Below, in pieces: positions 40,403 to 49,325 of a stretch of 64,000 nucleotides of DNA. The position numbers and the translations under genes were made by a program. The notes below the pieces were generated by a model. The model made no database searches. It was not told where the DNA came from and saw only the letters and a list, made by a program, of their open reading frames with translations. Numbering within the stretch: the stretch's first letter is position 1; every line of letters starts with the position of its first letter. The stretch is from Candidatus Dojkabacteria bacterium (GTDB taxonomy: Bacteria > Patescibacteriota > Dojkabacteria > J137), in assembly GCA_030834985.1 (NCBI GenBank), contig JAUQWV010000006.1, positions 140,168 to 204,167 of the forward strand, read 5' to 3'.

Positions 40403-42598
40403 TTATCTAGTACGTATATTAATCCTTGAGATCTCAGCAGGAACTCTTCTTAAAGATTCAGGAACAAACCCTGGACTAAAATCAATTCTATATTCTTCAA
40501 TATAGTCGATTAATCTAAAGTAGTCGTTAGCCTGTGATACTGATAGACCAGAAATATCTTTTTTCATTTGGTCTTGAGTTATTTGTGTGGTTACTGATCC
40601 TTTTGACGAAACAGTAAGCCTGTACGATACGTTATCTTCACTGTCAGTCTCAATTTTCTCAACATTGTCGATCTGAGGCTCTTTAACTTCCGCAACTTCC
40701 AGTTCATTGTCGGTATCAGTTTCAGCGTTTTCTTTTAATACTGCTTTAATAGCTTCTGTTAAATCTTCTGTTTTTACTGCCAAGCCTTTAATTCCTAACT
40801 GGATCGTAAGATTAAAAGTATTATCTATTGCCTCTTCTCCTACTTTTGGCAAAGCTTCTGCTTCTTGGGATTCATCATAAATCACTGTTTGCTCTATAAG
40901 CATGTAACCCGCCTCCAGAGAATTTTTTAGTCTATCAAGCCCTTGTTTTTTAAGCTCTGGAAGCATTGTGTCTTTTAATGCTTTAAAGTTCTCCTCTGAT
41001 ACAGACACAAAATCCTCCGATGTCCCTCCTTCAAAAGATTGAAATGCGGTTGCACTCAATTCTTCCTCCTGGCTGTATCCTTCAATGCTAAATCTTGTTT
41101 TATCTGATACTACAATATTAAAATCAGAGCCAAATGTTTCAGCTTCTAAAGCAATATTATCCTTTGAAGATGGAGTTTTTATATTTGACGCAACTGTTGC
41201 AGGATCCAAGGTAACTGCCGAAACTAATAAGTAAACCTTGTTATTAGTTACGTTTGTAAACTTAGTCTTTGCAGGTAATGTAATACCCTGTGTTTCTAGA
41301 TTATAGATTGTAACAACACCCTTTGCCTTATTACCTCTTTTACCTGCTCCATCTGCAGTACCAGTTTTAGACATACTTAAGTTTTCAGATTTGATTTCAA
41401 ATTGTTTTGCTGGTAATTCAATAGGATCTTCAAAGCTTGCTTCCTCTACGGTTGTACCTATTAATACAGCTGCAGATGTACTTACATCCTGAGATCTGAT
41501 TTTTATATTTACATCAACCGAAGAAAACTGGAATGCAAGTAGATATCCTCCACTAGCAAATAAGAGTAAAAAGACAATAAAAGTAACTAAGAGGATCTTT
41601 CTTCTATTCTTTTTTTTTATAAAGTCGGTAGTTTCGTCTCTAAAATCAGAATTTCGTCTTTTCAGACTTAATTTGGATAATAAAGAAGTGAGCCCTCCTT
41701 TGGTTGAAACTTGCCTTGTAAAATCTTTTCCGGTAAAAGATGATGATCCTACTCTCTTTATCTTTCTATTTACATTAAAATCGTCTGCCATATCATTTAA
41801 AGGTTTAACATCTGCCATTTTATCATCTTCTTCACTATCAATGAAAGATTTAATGTCGCCGCCAGAAATTAGCTTAATACCCCCAAGGTCAACAACTTTA
41901 GCTTCACGTCTTGGTTTTTCATATTTTTTTAATGATGATTCTAGCTCTGCTTCTTCATCAGACTGAGCTTCCGTTTTTTCTAAAGGATTTACAAGTCCGC
42001 TTAATCCTACTAATGCCTTTTCTTCAGAAAGTTCTTCTGCTTCAGATTCTATTGATTCTTCAACTGCATCCTCATACTGCTCTTCAGCTTCTTCTTCCAT
42101 AGCTTCATCTTGCATTTCTTCATTAATTTCTTCAGCTTTTTGATCAAGCTCCTCCTCAGTTACTGAAAAGTCTTCATCTGGAGTTCCGGGAACTTCAGGT
42201 AATTCCTCTACTTCTTCTTTTACACTTTTATTATTACCAATATTTTCAAGTAAAGCTTGTTTACGTTTTTCTAAAACCTCAGTTACATCTAGCTTTTTAC
42301 TGTAAGAAAGATTCCATTGCTCACTTGTGATTTGGCTTACTTTATCAACCACAACAAAGCCGGCTTTAGCGGCAATTGTTTTTCCATATTCATCTTCTGT
42401 AACAATAACTGCTAACTTCTTAGTTTTCAAAAGCTTCCTGAATAAAATATCTATACTTACAATACTGCTCAGCAGCAAAGAGTTTTGAGGAACAACTAAA
42501 ATTATTCTATCTTTTTCTGCTTTTAAAAGACGTTCAACTACAAAGGTTATTTCATCCTTTGGGTCAACGAATACTTTTTCTGATGATGATATCGACAT
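40403..42598 (-). CDS. Large bitopic membrane protein: acidic cytoplasmic N-domain, one TM helix, extracytoplasmic C-domain
   Basis: 731 aa. Glu/Asp-rich repeats (EEVEELPEVPGTPDEDF...; EEAEEQYEDAVEES). TM ILLVTFIVFLLLFASGGYLLAF at ~aa 325. Its stop is 1 nt before the start of the upstream actin-like ATPase gene, so they are probably co-transcribed. Confidence 0.5.
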   Translation of the reverse strand: MSISSSEKVFVDPKDEITFVVERLLKAEKDRIILVVPQNSLLLSSIVSIDILFRKLLKTKKLAVIVTEDEYGKTIAAKAGFVVVDKVSQITSEQWNLSYSKKLDVTEVLEKRKQALLENIGNNKSVKEEVEELPEVPGTPDEDFSVTEEELDQKAEEINEEMQDEAMEEEAEEQYEDAVEESIESEAEELSEEKALVGLSGLVNPLEKTEAQSDEEAELESSLKKYEKPRREAKVVDLGGIKLISGGDIKSFIDSEEDDKMADVKPLNDMADDFNVNRKIKRVGSSSFTGKDFTRQVSTKGGLTSLLSKLSLKRRNSDFRDETTDFIKKKNRRKILLVTFIVFLLLFASGGYLLAFQFSSVDVNIKIRSQDVSTSAAVLIGTTVEEASFEDPIELPAKQFEIKSENLSMSKTGTADGAGKRGNKAKGVVTIYNLETQGITLPAKTKFTNVTNNKVYLLVSAVTLDPATVASNIKTPSSKDNIALEAETFGSDFNIVVSDKTRFSIEGYSQEEELSATAFQSFEGGTSEDFVSVSEENFKALKDTMLPELKKQGLDRLKNSLEAGYMLIEQTVIYDESQEAEALPKVGEEAIDNTFNLTIQLGIKGLAVKTEDLTEAIKAVLKENAETDTDNELEVAEVKEPQIDNVEKIETDSEDNVSYRLTVSSKGSVTTQITQDQMKKDISGLSVSQANDYFRLIDYIEEYRIDFSPGFVPESLRRVPAEISRINIRTR

Positions 42599-42599
42599 A

Positions 42600-43820
42600 T
42601 TATTTTTCTAAATACATTCTTGCTAGCGCCAGTGGAGTAACATCCATCGGCAACGTAGCAGATTTAGTTTTATCTATTATATTACTTACGCTATTTGGGA
42701 ATATAAAATTTACTTTCGGAAACTTTTTAAAGTTTAATGTTTGCAACCAAGGGTAAGTTAAAAGCCCTTCCTGGATTTCCGGCAATAATGCTCCTCCACC
42801 GCAAAGGTATATTTGAGTAGGATATTCTTTGACATCTTGGAAGCTTTCTAAAGCTATTTCAACACCGGTCAACCAGGTTGAAATATCCATTTCAAAAGCT
42901 TTAGAAAGCTTCAAATCAACATCTTTGGCTGCTGCCCCATTAGAATAATCAATCTTTATTTTTTCAGCTTCTTCATAATCCACCCCTAACTCTTTTTGAA
43001 CTCTTTTTGTAAATACTTTTCCACCTACAGCAAACATTTTAGTACCTATAATATCGCCATTATTTACTAAAGCTACGTCTGTTGTGCCACCTCCTACATC
43101 AATAATTATTGCATTAGCATTTGGCTCTTTCATATTCTTCAAACCAACAGCTAGTGCATAAGGCTCAACTACAATTTTTGTTGATTTTAAATTAAGCGCA
43201 TTAGTTACCTGATGAATTGAATCCAAGTGAATCTTAGGTGCAAAAGTAGAAAACACTTTATACACGAGCTCAGCACCTGAATAGCCCACAGGATTGGTCA
43301 CCTTTACATTATCGATGTATACACTGTTTATTACAGTACTTACTTCTACAACCTGGCTTGCTTTAAGCCCCATCTCTCGTGAGATTTCATCAATCGTACT
43401 TGAAAAGGTGTATCTTTTAACTTTATCTACAAATTTTTCAATCTCTTTTTCTGTTATCTTGCTTCCCTGGTTATCTCGCTCTACATTCACCATAATCGTT
43501 ACACCGTGTACTAATTCTCCGGCAATTCCAATAATCACATCTGTAGGGATCTCAAAATTAGGACCTTCCTGTTCCATAGCTTGAGTTACTGCTTCTCCAA
43601 TACTTTTATCACAACTCTCTATTACAGATTGCAAATTGATAATAAAAGCAGCATACATAGAGGATTCTTTCTGCTTTATACGACTGTAGCCTAGAATAAC
43701 GACATCGCCATCTTCAACTTTAAAAACTGCAGACTTTATATATTCAGTTCCTATGTCTACTGATAGATGATAATTCGACTGTCTAGGCGCAGATTTTTTA
43801 TTCTTATTTAATCCAAACAT
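42600..43820 (-). CDS. Actin-like ATPase of the FtsA/PilM/MreB superfamily (FtsA-like or PilM-like)
   Basis: 406 aa. N-terminal phosphate-1 motif HLSVDIGTEYIKSAVF. Motif IIIDVGGGTTDVALV. Motif LCGGGALLPEI. No ftsZ follows. The partner gene encodes a bitopic membrane protein. Confidence 0.6.
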   Translation of the reverse strand: MFGLNKNKKSAPRQSNYHLSVDIGTEYIKSAVFKVEDGDVVILGYSRIKQKESSMYAAFIINLQSVIESCDKSIGEAVTQAMEQEGPNFEIPTDVIIGIAGELVHGVTIMVNVERDNQGSKITEKEIEKFVDKVKRYTFSSTIDEISREMGLKASQVVEVSTVINSVYIDNVKVTNPVGYSGAELVYKVFSTFAPKIHLDSIHQVTNALNLKSTKIVVEPYALAVGLKNMKEPNANAIIIDVGGGTTDVALVNNGDIIGTKMFAVGGKVFTKRVQKELGVDYEEAEKIKIDYSNGAAAKDVDLKLSKAFEMDISTWLTGVEIALESFQDVKEYPTQIYLCGGGALLPEIQEGLLTYPWLQTLNFKKFPKVNFIFPNSVSNIIDKTKSATLPMDVTPLALARMYLEK

Positions 43821-43969
43821 CCGTTAAGAAAATCTAATGATACTATACAATATACCAGAAATTCCTTTAATGTTGAAAGGTCCGTATCGGCTACATATTA
43901 TTATATAATTACTTATTACTGTTTACTTTCTTGGCTGCACAGTGATATAATTCCTATATATAAAATTTA

Positions 43970-44551
43970 ATGATTTGCGGAATGAAAATTTATGTATCAT
44001 TGCCTTTGAACTTTGAAGAAAAGGATATTAAGGCTTTCACAGAAGGTGTCTCTTACTTAAAAAAATTAGGACACAACGTAGTAGACACTTCAGGACAAAA
44101 TGCAAAAACAAAAGAAAATGCTGCTAAACTTTTAGCTCACTCAGATAGAGCTTTAAAAGATACAGATATTGTAATTGCTGAAGTTTCTAAATCTGACAGC
44201 AAAGTTGGATACGAAATTGCTAAAGCTTTTAGTGAAAAAAAGTTTGTTATTGCCCTTGAGCACGAAGAATCTGGTACTAATGTAGATCCTATTATCCACG
44301 GCAATAAGTCAAAGAGTCTTTTGCATTTAAGATATAACAATAAAAATGTTACATCTATAATCGAAAAAGCTATAAAAGAAGCCGCTAAAAGATTAGATTC
44401 TAAGTTCATTTTGATAATTTCTCCAGAAATTGATAGATATTTGGACTGGGCAGCATCAACTAAAAGAATGCATAAAGCTCAAATTGTAAGAAATGCATTA
44501 GAACAAACAATGAAAAAAGATAAAGACTATAAGAACTATTTGAGTGCTTAA
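43970..44551 (+). CDS. Hypothetical protein: N-terminal Rossmann-like domain (nucleoside 2-deoxyribosyltransferase-like KIYVSLPL motif) plus a C-terminal ribbon-helix-helix-like tail
   Basis: 193 aa. MKIYVSLPLNF...IVIAEVSKSD resembles the Nuc_deoxyrib_tr-like fold. The C-terminal KRMHKAQIVRNALEQTMKK is RHH-like. Both are weak assignments. Confidence 0.4.
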   Translation: MICGMKIYVSLPLNFEEKDIKAFTEGVSYLKKLGHNVVDTSGQNAKTKENAAKLLAHSDRALKDTDIVIAEVSKSDSKVGYEIAKAFSEKKFVIALEHEESGTNVDPIIHGNKSKSLLHLRYNNKNVTSIIEKAIKEAAKRLDSKFILIISPEIDRYLDWAASTKRMHKAQIVRNALEQTMKKDKDYKNYLSA

Positions 44552-44572
44552 ATCTATAAGTAATTAAGTGAG

Positions 44573-44601
44573 AATATAAAAATCCCCCTGAGTGGGGATT
44601 T
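44573..44601. terminator. Bidirectional hairpin terminator between convergent genes
   Basis: The sequence aaaaatccccctgagtggggattttttat is a 6-bp GC stem with A-run and T-run flanks. Confidence 0.6.
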
Positions 44602-44602
44602 T

Positions 44603-45838
44603 TTATGAGTAAACTCCAATATCTTCTGGAATAAATTGTCTAAAGTTATCTTTTGTTATCTGAACGCTTTTAACTGTTCCTCTGACAATCTGAAGTGCCA
44701 CTTTGCGGGCGAGTTCAGTTAAGGTTCTTTCCAGCTGCCTTACGCCCGCATCAAAGCCAAGCGGTCTTATTACCATTGGCCAAACATCATCGGCAAAAGA
44801 TAATTGATCTTCACCTAAACCAGTTGCTTCTCTGACCTTTGGCAAAAGATAGTTTTTAGCAATCATTACTTTATCGCTGTCAGTGTAGCTGCCAAATCGT
44901 ATAACTTCTAAGCGGTCAAGCAATGCAGCTGTAATACCGCCAAGATTATTGGCTGTACAAATAAAGATGCATTGCGATAAATCAAGCGGATAGTCTAAAT
45001 ATTTGTCCATAAAAGTTGAATTCTGCTCTGGGTCTAAAATTTCTAAAAGCGCAGCCATCACATCTGTTCTTACACCACTTTGTGCACTTGTTTTATCAAT
45101 CTCGTCTAAAAGGATTAAAGGATTCATTACACCAGTTCTTATTAGTGATTTTACGATCTGACCTGGCTCAGCATCCATATTTCCTCTAGGAATACCTCTG
45201 ATTTCTGTAACATTTCCCATACCACCAAGCGAAATTCTCATAAATTTTCTATCTAAAGCATTAGCAATAGCTTTAGCCATAGAAGTTTTACCAACTCCTT
45301 GTATTCCTACAAAACACAAAATCGGAGCATGTGATGAATTTCCTTGCAACCTCATCATTTCAGCAGAAACATCAATAGTTGTGCCATCAGAGGCTTCTGG
45401 CAGTTTATTTTGTAGCTTCAAAACAGCTAAATACTCTAATATTCTACTTTTCACAGGTTCTAAGCCGTAGTTGAATTTATCCAAAGTAGCCTTTACCTGG
45501 TCAATTTCAATGTTGTCAGTTGTATATTCTCCAAAAGGAATCTTTGTAATCCAGTTAATATATTCAGATACAGGTTCAAATTCTGATGAGAAGTTACCTT
45601 TTTGCGACATTTTAATAAGTCGCAGTATCATTCCCTGCGCTTTTTCTTTTAACTGCTGCGGTAATTTTGCTTCCTCTACTTTATTCTTTAAAACTGTAAT
45701 CTCATCAAAAACATCTATATCGTAGCCGGAATTTGAGGATGGCTGAGATGTAGCACTCTGTGCTTGTGTGTCGCCATCGGACGAAGCTGCAACGTTTGGC
45801 TGTGTATCTGTATTTTGCAAAGGTAAAATATCGCTCAT
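44603..45838 (-). CDS. Lon-family AAA+ ATPase module without the N-terminal LAN domain and without the S16 peptidase domain
   Basis: 411 aa. Collinear with the Lon AAA+ module: ...GLEPVKSRILEYLAV...APILCFVGIQGVGKTSMAKAIANAL (Walker A), LILLDEIDK (Walker B), EILDPEQNSTFMDKYLDYPLDLSQCIFICTAN, LLDRLEVIRFGSYTDSDKVMIAKNYLLPK (Lon sensor-2 region). The ORF stops where the Lon protease domain would begin. A terminator follows immediately. Confidence 0.75.
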   Translation of the reverse strand: MSDILPLQNTDTQPNVAASSDGDTQAQSATSQPSSNSGYDIDVFDEITVLKNKVEEAKLPQQLKEKAQGMILRLIKMSQKGNFSSEFEPVSEYINWITKIPFGEYTTDNIEIDQVKATLDKFNYGLEPVKSRILEYLAVLKLQNKLPEASDGTTIDVSAEMMRLQGNSSHAPILCFVGIQGVGKTSMAKAIANALDRKFMRISLGGMGNVTEIRGIPRGNMDAEPGQIVKSLIRTGVMNPLILLDEIDKTSAQSGVRTDVMAALLEILDPEQNSTFMDKYLDYPLDLSQCIFICTANNLGGITAALLDRLEVIRFGSYTDSDKVMIAKNYLLPKVREATGLGEDQLSFADDVWPMVIRPLGFDAGVRQLERTLTELARKVALQIVRGTVKSVQITKDNFRQFIPEDIGVYS

Positions 45839-45887
45839 TTAGTAATGATATTGAATACTTACCTATTATTGCATAGCAAAATGTAAA

Positions 45888-45925
45888 GAAAAAGCCCTTT
45901 GGGTGTTAACACCCAAAGGGCTTTC
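45888..45925 (-). terminator. Intrinsic terminator downstream of rplY
   Basis: A 14-bp stem aaagccctttgggtg-ttaac-acccaaagggcttt. Confidence 0.75.
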
Positions 45926-45946
45926 TAAATCTTTCTTTGAAAACTT

Positions 45947-46615
45947 TTATTCAGCTTTCTCTTCAGTTGGAGCTGCAGTACCTTCTACTGTTGCAGCGGC
46001 TCCTTCAGCGCCTTCTGTACCTTCAGCAGCTTCTTCAGTTGTTGGTTCAACCACTTCCTCTTTTTGAGGGGCAGCAATAAATACAATAGCACTTGTGGGG
46101 TCCATACCGCTATCTAACTCTACTCCTTCAGATAGCTGAATATCCCCTACTGTTATGGCATCTCCAATATTTTCTAGTTTAGTAATATCAATTTCAAATC
46201 CACTTGGCAGATCTTTAGGTAAACAGTAAACAGCAATCGAACTCATATTATGAATAATAAAGCCCAAGTTTAATTTTACAGCAGGAGCTTCTCCGATAAA
46301 TGTAACTGGAACTTCTACCGTAATCTTTCTATTTTCATCAACTTGATAAAGACCGATACTTATTAAACTATCGTTTACAGGATGTTTCTGAATCTCTTTT
46401 ACCAGTACTTTCGCTGGTGCAGAGTCACCTACAACTAAATCAAAAAATTTGTTGTAGCCTACTTTTCGGAATAATTTTATAAATTCCTTTTTATCTACCT
46501 GAATATTAGCAGATGGTTTTTTAGGGCCGAAAACTGTACCTGGGACAATACCTTCGCTTCTTAGGTTTTTCACCTTTTTTCCGGTTATCTCCCTTTTTTG
46601 AGCTTCTAGCTTCAT
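45947..46615 (-). CDS. rplY: 50S ribosomal protein L25 / general stress protein Ctc
   Basis: 222 aa. MKLEAQKREITGKKVKNLRSEGIVPGTVFG matches the L25 N-terminal consensus. Acidic Ala/Glu/Thr-rich C-terminal extension. Confidence 0.85.
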   Translation of the reverse strand: MKLEAQKREITGKKVKNLRSEGIVPGTVFGPKKPSANIQVDKKEFIKLFRKVGYNKFFDLVVGDSAPAKVLVKEIQKHPVNDSLISIGLYQVDENRKITVEVPVTFIGEAPAVKLNLGFIIHNMSSIAVYCLPKDLPSGFEIDITKLENIGDAITVGDIQLSEGVELDSGMDPTSAIVFIAAPQKEEVVEPTTEEAAEGTEGAEGAAATVEGTAAPTEEKAE

Positions 46616-46632
46616 AAGTTAAAAATAATGAA

Positions 46633-47499
46633 TTAATTTGCGTTTACTTCTACTGCTGGTTCCTGAGCTTTCGAAATCCTTCGTCTTTCAAGCCAGACAA
46701 TAAAAAGCTGTTGAATTATAACAAAGCCACTCTGGATAATCCAGTACAAGCTAAGACCAGCGCGGAACTGGTAAGATAAGAAGGTATACAAAATCGGAAA
46801 TAACACCATTGTCTGCTGAGTAGATTTTTGCATAATCTCTGAAAAGTCTTCTGTAGCAGGATTATCCTTACCTAATTTTTTATTTTTGTTCTTCTTTTTA
46901 GGCTCTTCTAATTTTGGATTATTCTGCTTATTTGCATTCATTGAAATCTTCATTGAGTAATATTGCGTTACGCCTACTAATACCATCAGAATTATGTACG
47001 GAAGGAACGATAAAAAGTCCCCACTCGCAAAGTCAGCGGGATGCTTGCTAAGGTCAAATCCTAAGAATGAATAATTAAGCTGATAACCTTCATTAAAAGC
47101 TGGAATAAATGAATAAGCCATTTCGTTAAAAGCGGTTGCGCCTCTTTCAACTAAATTGATTATTACCTGATAGATATTAATGAAGAAGATTAATTGTAAA
47201 ATTATCGGCAAGCATCCCGCCAATTGACTTGGTAAATACTCTGATTGTAAGGCCATTAATTCTTTGTCTTGCTGTTCTTTATTATTCTTATGCTTTTCTT
47301 TAATAGTCTTCATCTTGTCAGAAAACTCTCTGCTTCGTACCATTGTCTGTCTTTGCCTAATCATAATTGGCAATGTTATTAGCCTAGAAAAGATACCGAT
47401 AGCAATTATTGCTAACCCTAGGTTTTCACCGAATAATCTATAAAAAACTATAATGAGGTTAAAAATTGGCTGATAAAGAAGTGTTATTGTTATGTCCAT
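46633..47499 (-). CDS. yidC: Membrane protein insertase YidC/Oxa1 (short form)
   Basis: 288 aa. Five TM segments. LGLAIIAIGIFSRLITLPIMIRQ in TM1-2. Conserved C-terminal TM helices. Basic tail (KKKNKNKKLGK). Confidence 0.85.
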   Translation of the reverse strand: MDITITLLYQPIFNLIIVFYRLFGENLGLAIIAIGIFSRLITLPIMIRQRQTMVRSREFSDKMKTIKEKHKNNKEQQDKELMALQSEYLPSQLAGCLPIILQLIFFINIYQVIINLVERGATAFNEMAYSFIPAFNEGYQLNYSFLGFDLSKHPADFASGDFLSFLPYIILMVLVGVTQYYSMKISMNANKQNNPKLEEPKKKNKNKKLGKDNPATEDFSEIMQKSTQQTMVLFPILYTFLSYQFRAGLSLYWIIQSGFVIIQQLFIVWLERRRISKAQEPAVEVNAN

Positions 47500-47569
47500 A
47501 AATTACTATTTGTTGCGTCTTTATATATTGCTCACTAATGATAGCAAACTTTTACTTTATACATAATTA

Positions 47570-47612
47570 AAAAGGGCACCTTCAACAGAAGTTGAAGATG
47601 CCCTTTTGGTGG
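47570..47612 (-). terminator. Intrinsic terminator immediately after the tmRNA 3' CCA
   Basis: The sequence aaaagggcaccttcaac-agaa-gttgaagatgccctttt is a 13-bp stem with one mismatch and U-runs on both sides. Confidence 0.7.
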
Positions 47613-48067
47613 AGATGAGGGGTTTTCCCCTGTCCAAAAAAACTCAAATTAAAAAATTGTTACAAGCTTATTAAGTTTATATAGATAAAGATAACTAACT
47701 AAAAACTCACAAAACATTAATTATCTTAGCTTACGTTAAGCTTAGAATGTGCTCGTAAACTAAAAACACATTTTGCATTCCGGCTAAGTGGCGCCTAAGA
47801 GTTTTCACCGGAAGAAAATCTCAAAGACGGCTAACCTACTTGTTTTTTCGGTTAGCTACTGATGCTAAATTAAGCAAAAGCTAGAGCGTAAGAAGGAGCA
47901 AAAGCTGCCTTTACACCTGCAACTGCATTAGCAACAGTATTTTTAATTTGATTGACGCTTATGTCAAAGAACCTTTATTCAAGGTGACTATTTATTTATA
48001 AGGAACAAATAATCTAAATTCCTGCTTGTTTTTTAAGATGCAATTCTTCTGTCTAAAAAGCATCCCC
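47607..48067 (-). ncRNA. ssrA: Transfer-messenger RNA (tmRNA, ssrA) candidate, ~460 nt
   Basis: The minus strand starts GGGGAUG... and ends ...GGACAGGGGAAAACCCCUCAUCUCCACCA. The 7-bp acceptor stem GGGGAUG/CAUCUCC has the G3:U70 alanine identity pair, discriminator A and an encoded CCA. The 3' end resembles Bacillus tmRNA (...UCUCCACCA). The internal frame GCU AAU GCA ... GCU UAA (47932..47870) encodes ANAVAGVKAAFAPSYALAFA*, a typical AN...YALA-type degradation tag. The T-arm is AGGGG-AAAA-CCCCU, a 4-nt loop instead of the usual 7-nt T-loop. Confidence 0.65.
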
Positions 48068-48127
48068 TAACAAGATAATCGCATTACCTTATTAGCGAAT
48101 GCCTATAAACATTATACCACAAAACCG

Positions 48128-48907
48128 TTATTTTAACCCATCTGCAAATGAATAATTAAGTGACTTTGCAAAGGTTAAACCCCATACTTTTGGGCAGCCG
48201 GCAGCTTTTAAAACCTTTGCACATTCGTTTAAAGTTGCCCCAGTAGTATGAACGTCATCTACAATAATTATAACTTTATTCAATAAATCCTCTGATAAGC
48301 TCCCTTGTGAAATCTTAAAACTATTACGTAGATTTATATTCCTAAGTTCCTTTGAACTGCCTGCCTGTTTTTTATTATTTATAACTTTCTTTAAGATAGT
48401 TTCAAATTTTATTCCAGTAAGTAACGAAACTTCTATTGCTAAAAGTTCAGATTGATTAAACCCTCTTTCATTTCTTTTAAATGTATGTGATGGCACAAAT
48501 GTAATTACAAAGTCATTTTTATTATTCCATAAGCACTTGAACTCCAAATATTTAGCCAAGTGAAAACCTAAATCATACCCTAATACTCTGCTATGCCTAT
48601 ACTTAAATGTTTCTATCAATTTTTTTGATTGGTCACTATATTCACAAAAAAACAATAGCCGATCCAAATTTGTACTATCTTCACACTCAGTGTGTATAAA
48701 GGAAGTAAAACAGCTCTGCCCACATACATGGCAAATATTTTTAAAATTTACATTAAGCTTAGTCCGTATACATTTGTAACATAAATAACTACTAGATCTG
48801 TTACACAAAATACAATATTTTGGGAAAAACAATTCAAGCATAAAGCTAATCACCGAAAGGTCCAAAAGAGTATTTGTGTTATATTTAAGATAAAATGAAT
48901 ATATCAT
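48128..48907 (-). CDS. comFC: ComF-family protein (ComFC-type phosphoribosyltransferase with an N-terminal Cys4 zinc finger)
   Basis: 259 aa. N-terminal CILCNRSSSYLCYKC...CHVCGQ. C-terminal PRTase motif VIIIVDDVHTTGATLNECAKVL. Confidence 0.8.
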   Translation of the reverse strand: MIYSFYLKYNTNTLLDLSVISFMLELFFPKYCILCNRSSSYLCYKCIRTKLNVNFKNICHVCGQSCFTSFIHTECEDSTNLDRLLFFCEYSDQSKKLIETFKYRHSRVLGYDLGFHLAKYLEFKCLWNNKNDFVITFVPSHTFKRNERGFNQSELLAIEVSLLTGIKFETILKKVINNKKQAGSSKELRNINLRNSFKISQGSLSEDLLNKVIIIVDDVHTTGATLNECAKVLKAAGCPKVWGLTFAKSLNYSFADGLK

Positions 48908-48929
48908 TTAAACTTTACAAACTTTTTAC

Positions 48930-49325
48930 ATGGTAATTTCTATTGATTATGGTACAAAACGTGCAGGTATTGCCTTTTCCGATGAAAGTGAATCTATTGC
49001 GCTTGCCGATAAAGCTTGCCTGTTTAAAAAAGAATCTGAATTACTAGATTATGTAGATAACCTTGTCCAGAAACACAATCCAAGAGAATTTGTTGTAGGA
49101 CTACCCTTAGGATTAGAAGGTAAGCCAACGAAGATATCAGCTAAGGTCCAAGAATTCGGGAAAAAACTCGAGGAAACTTTTAATTTAACAGTTGTTTATT
49201 GGAATGAAACTATGACAAGTATAATGGCATCAAAGGCTGTTCGGAAGGACAAAAAAGGCAGTTTAGATAGTGAATCTGCTAGAATAATACTTCAGGAATA
49301 TTTAGATTTTAAGAAAGGACAATGA
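48930..49325 (+). CDS. ruvX: Putative pre-16S rRNA nuclease / Holliday-junction resolvase-like YqgF (RuvX)
   Basis: 131 aa. MVISIDYGTKRAGIAFSD matches the YqgF N-terminal consensus (LGLDLGTKRIGVAVSD). Confidence 0.8.
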   Translation: MVISIDYGTKRAGIAFSDESESIALADKACLFKKESELLDYVDNLVQKHNPREFVVGLPLGLEGKPTKISAKVQEFGKKLEETFNLTVVYWNETMTSIMASKAVRKDKKGSLDSESARIILQEYLDFKKGQ

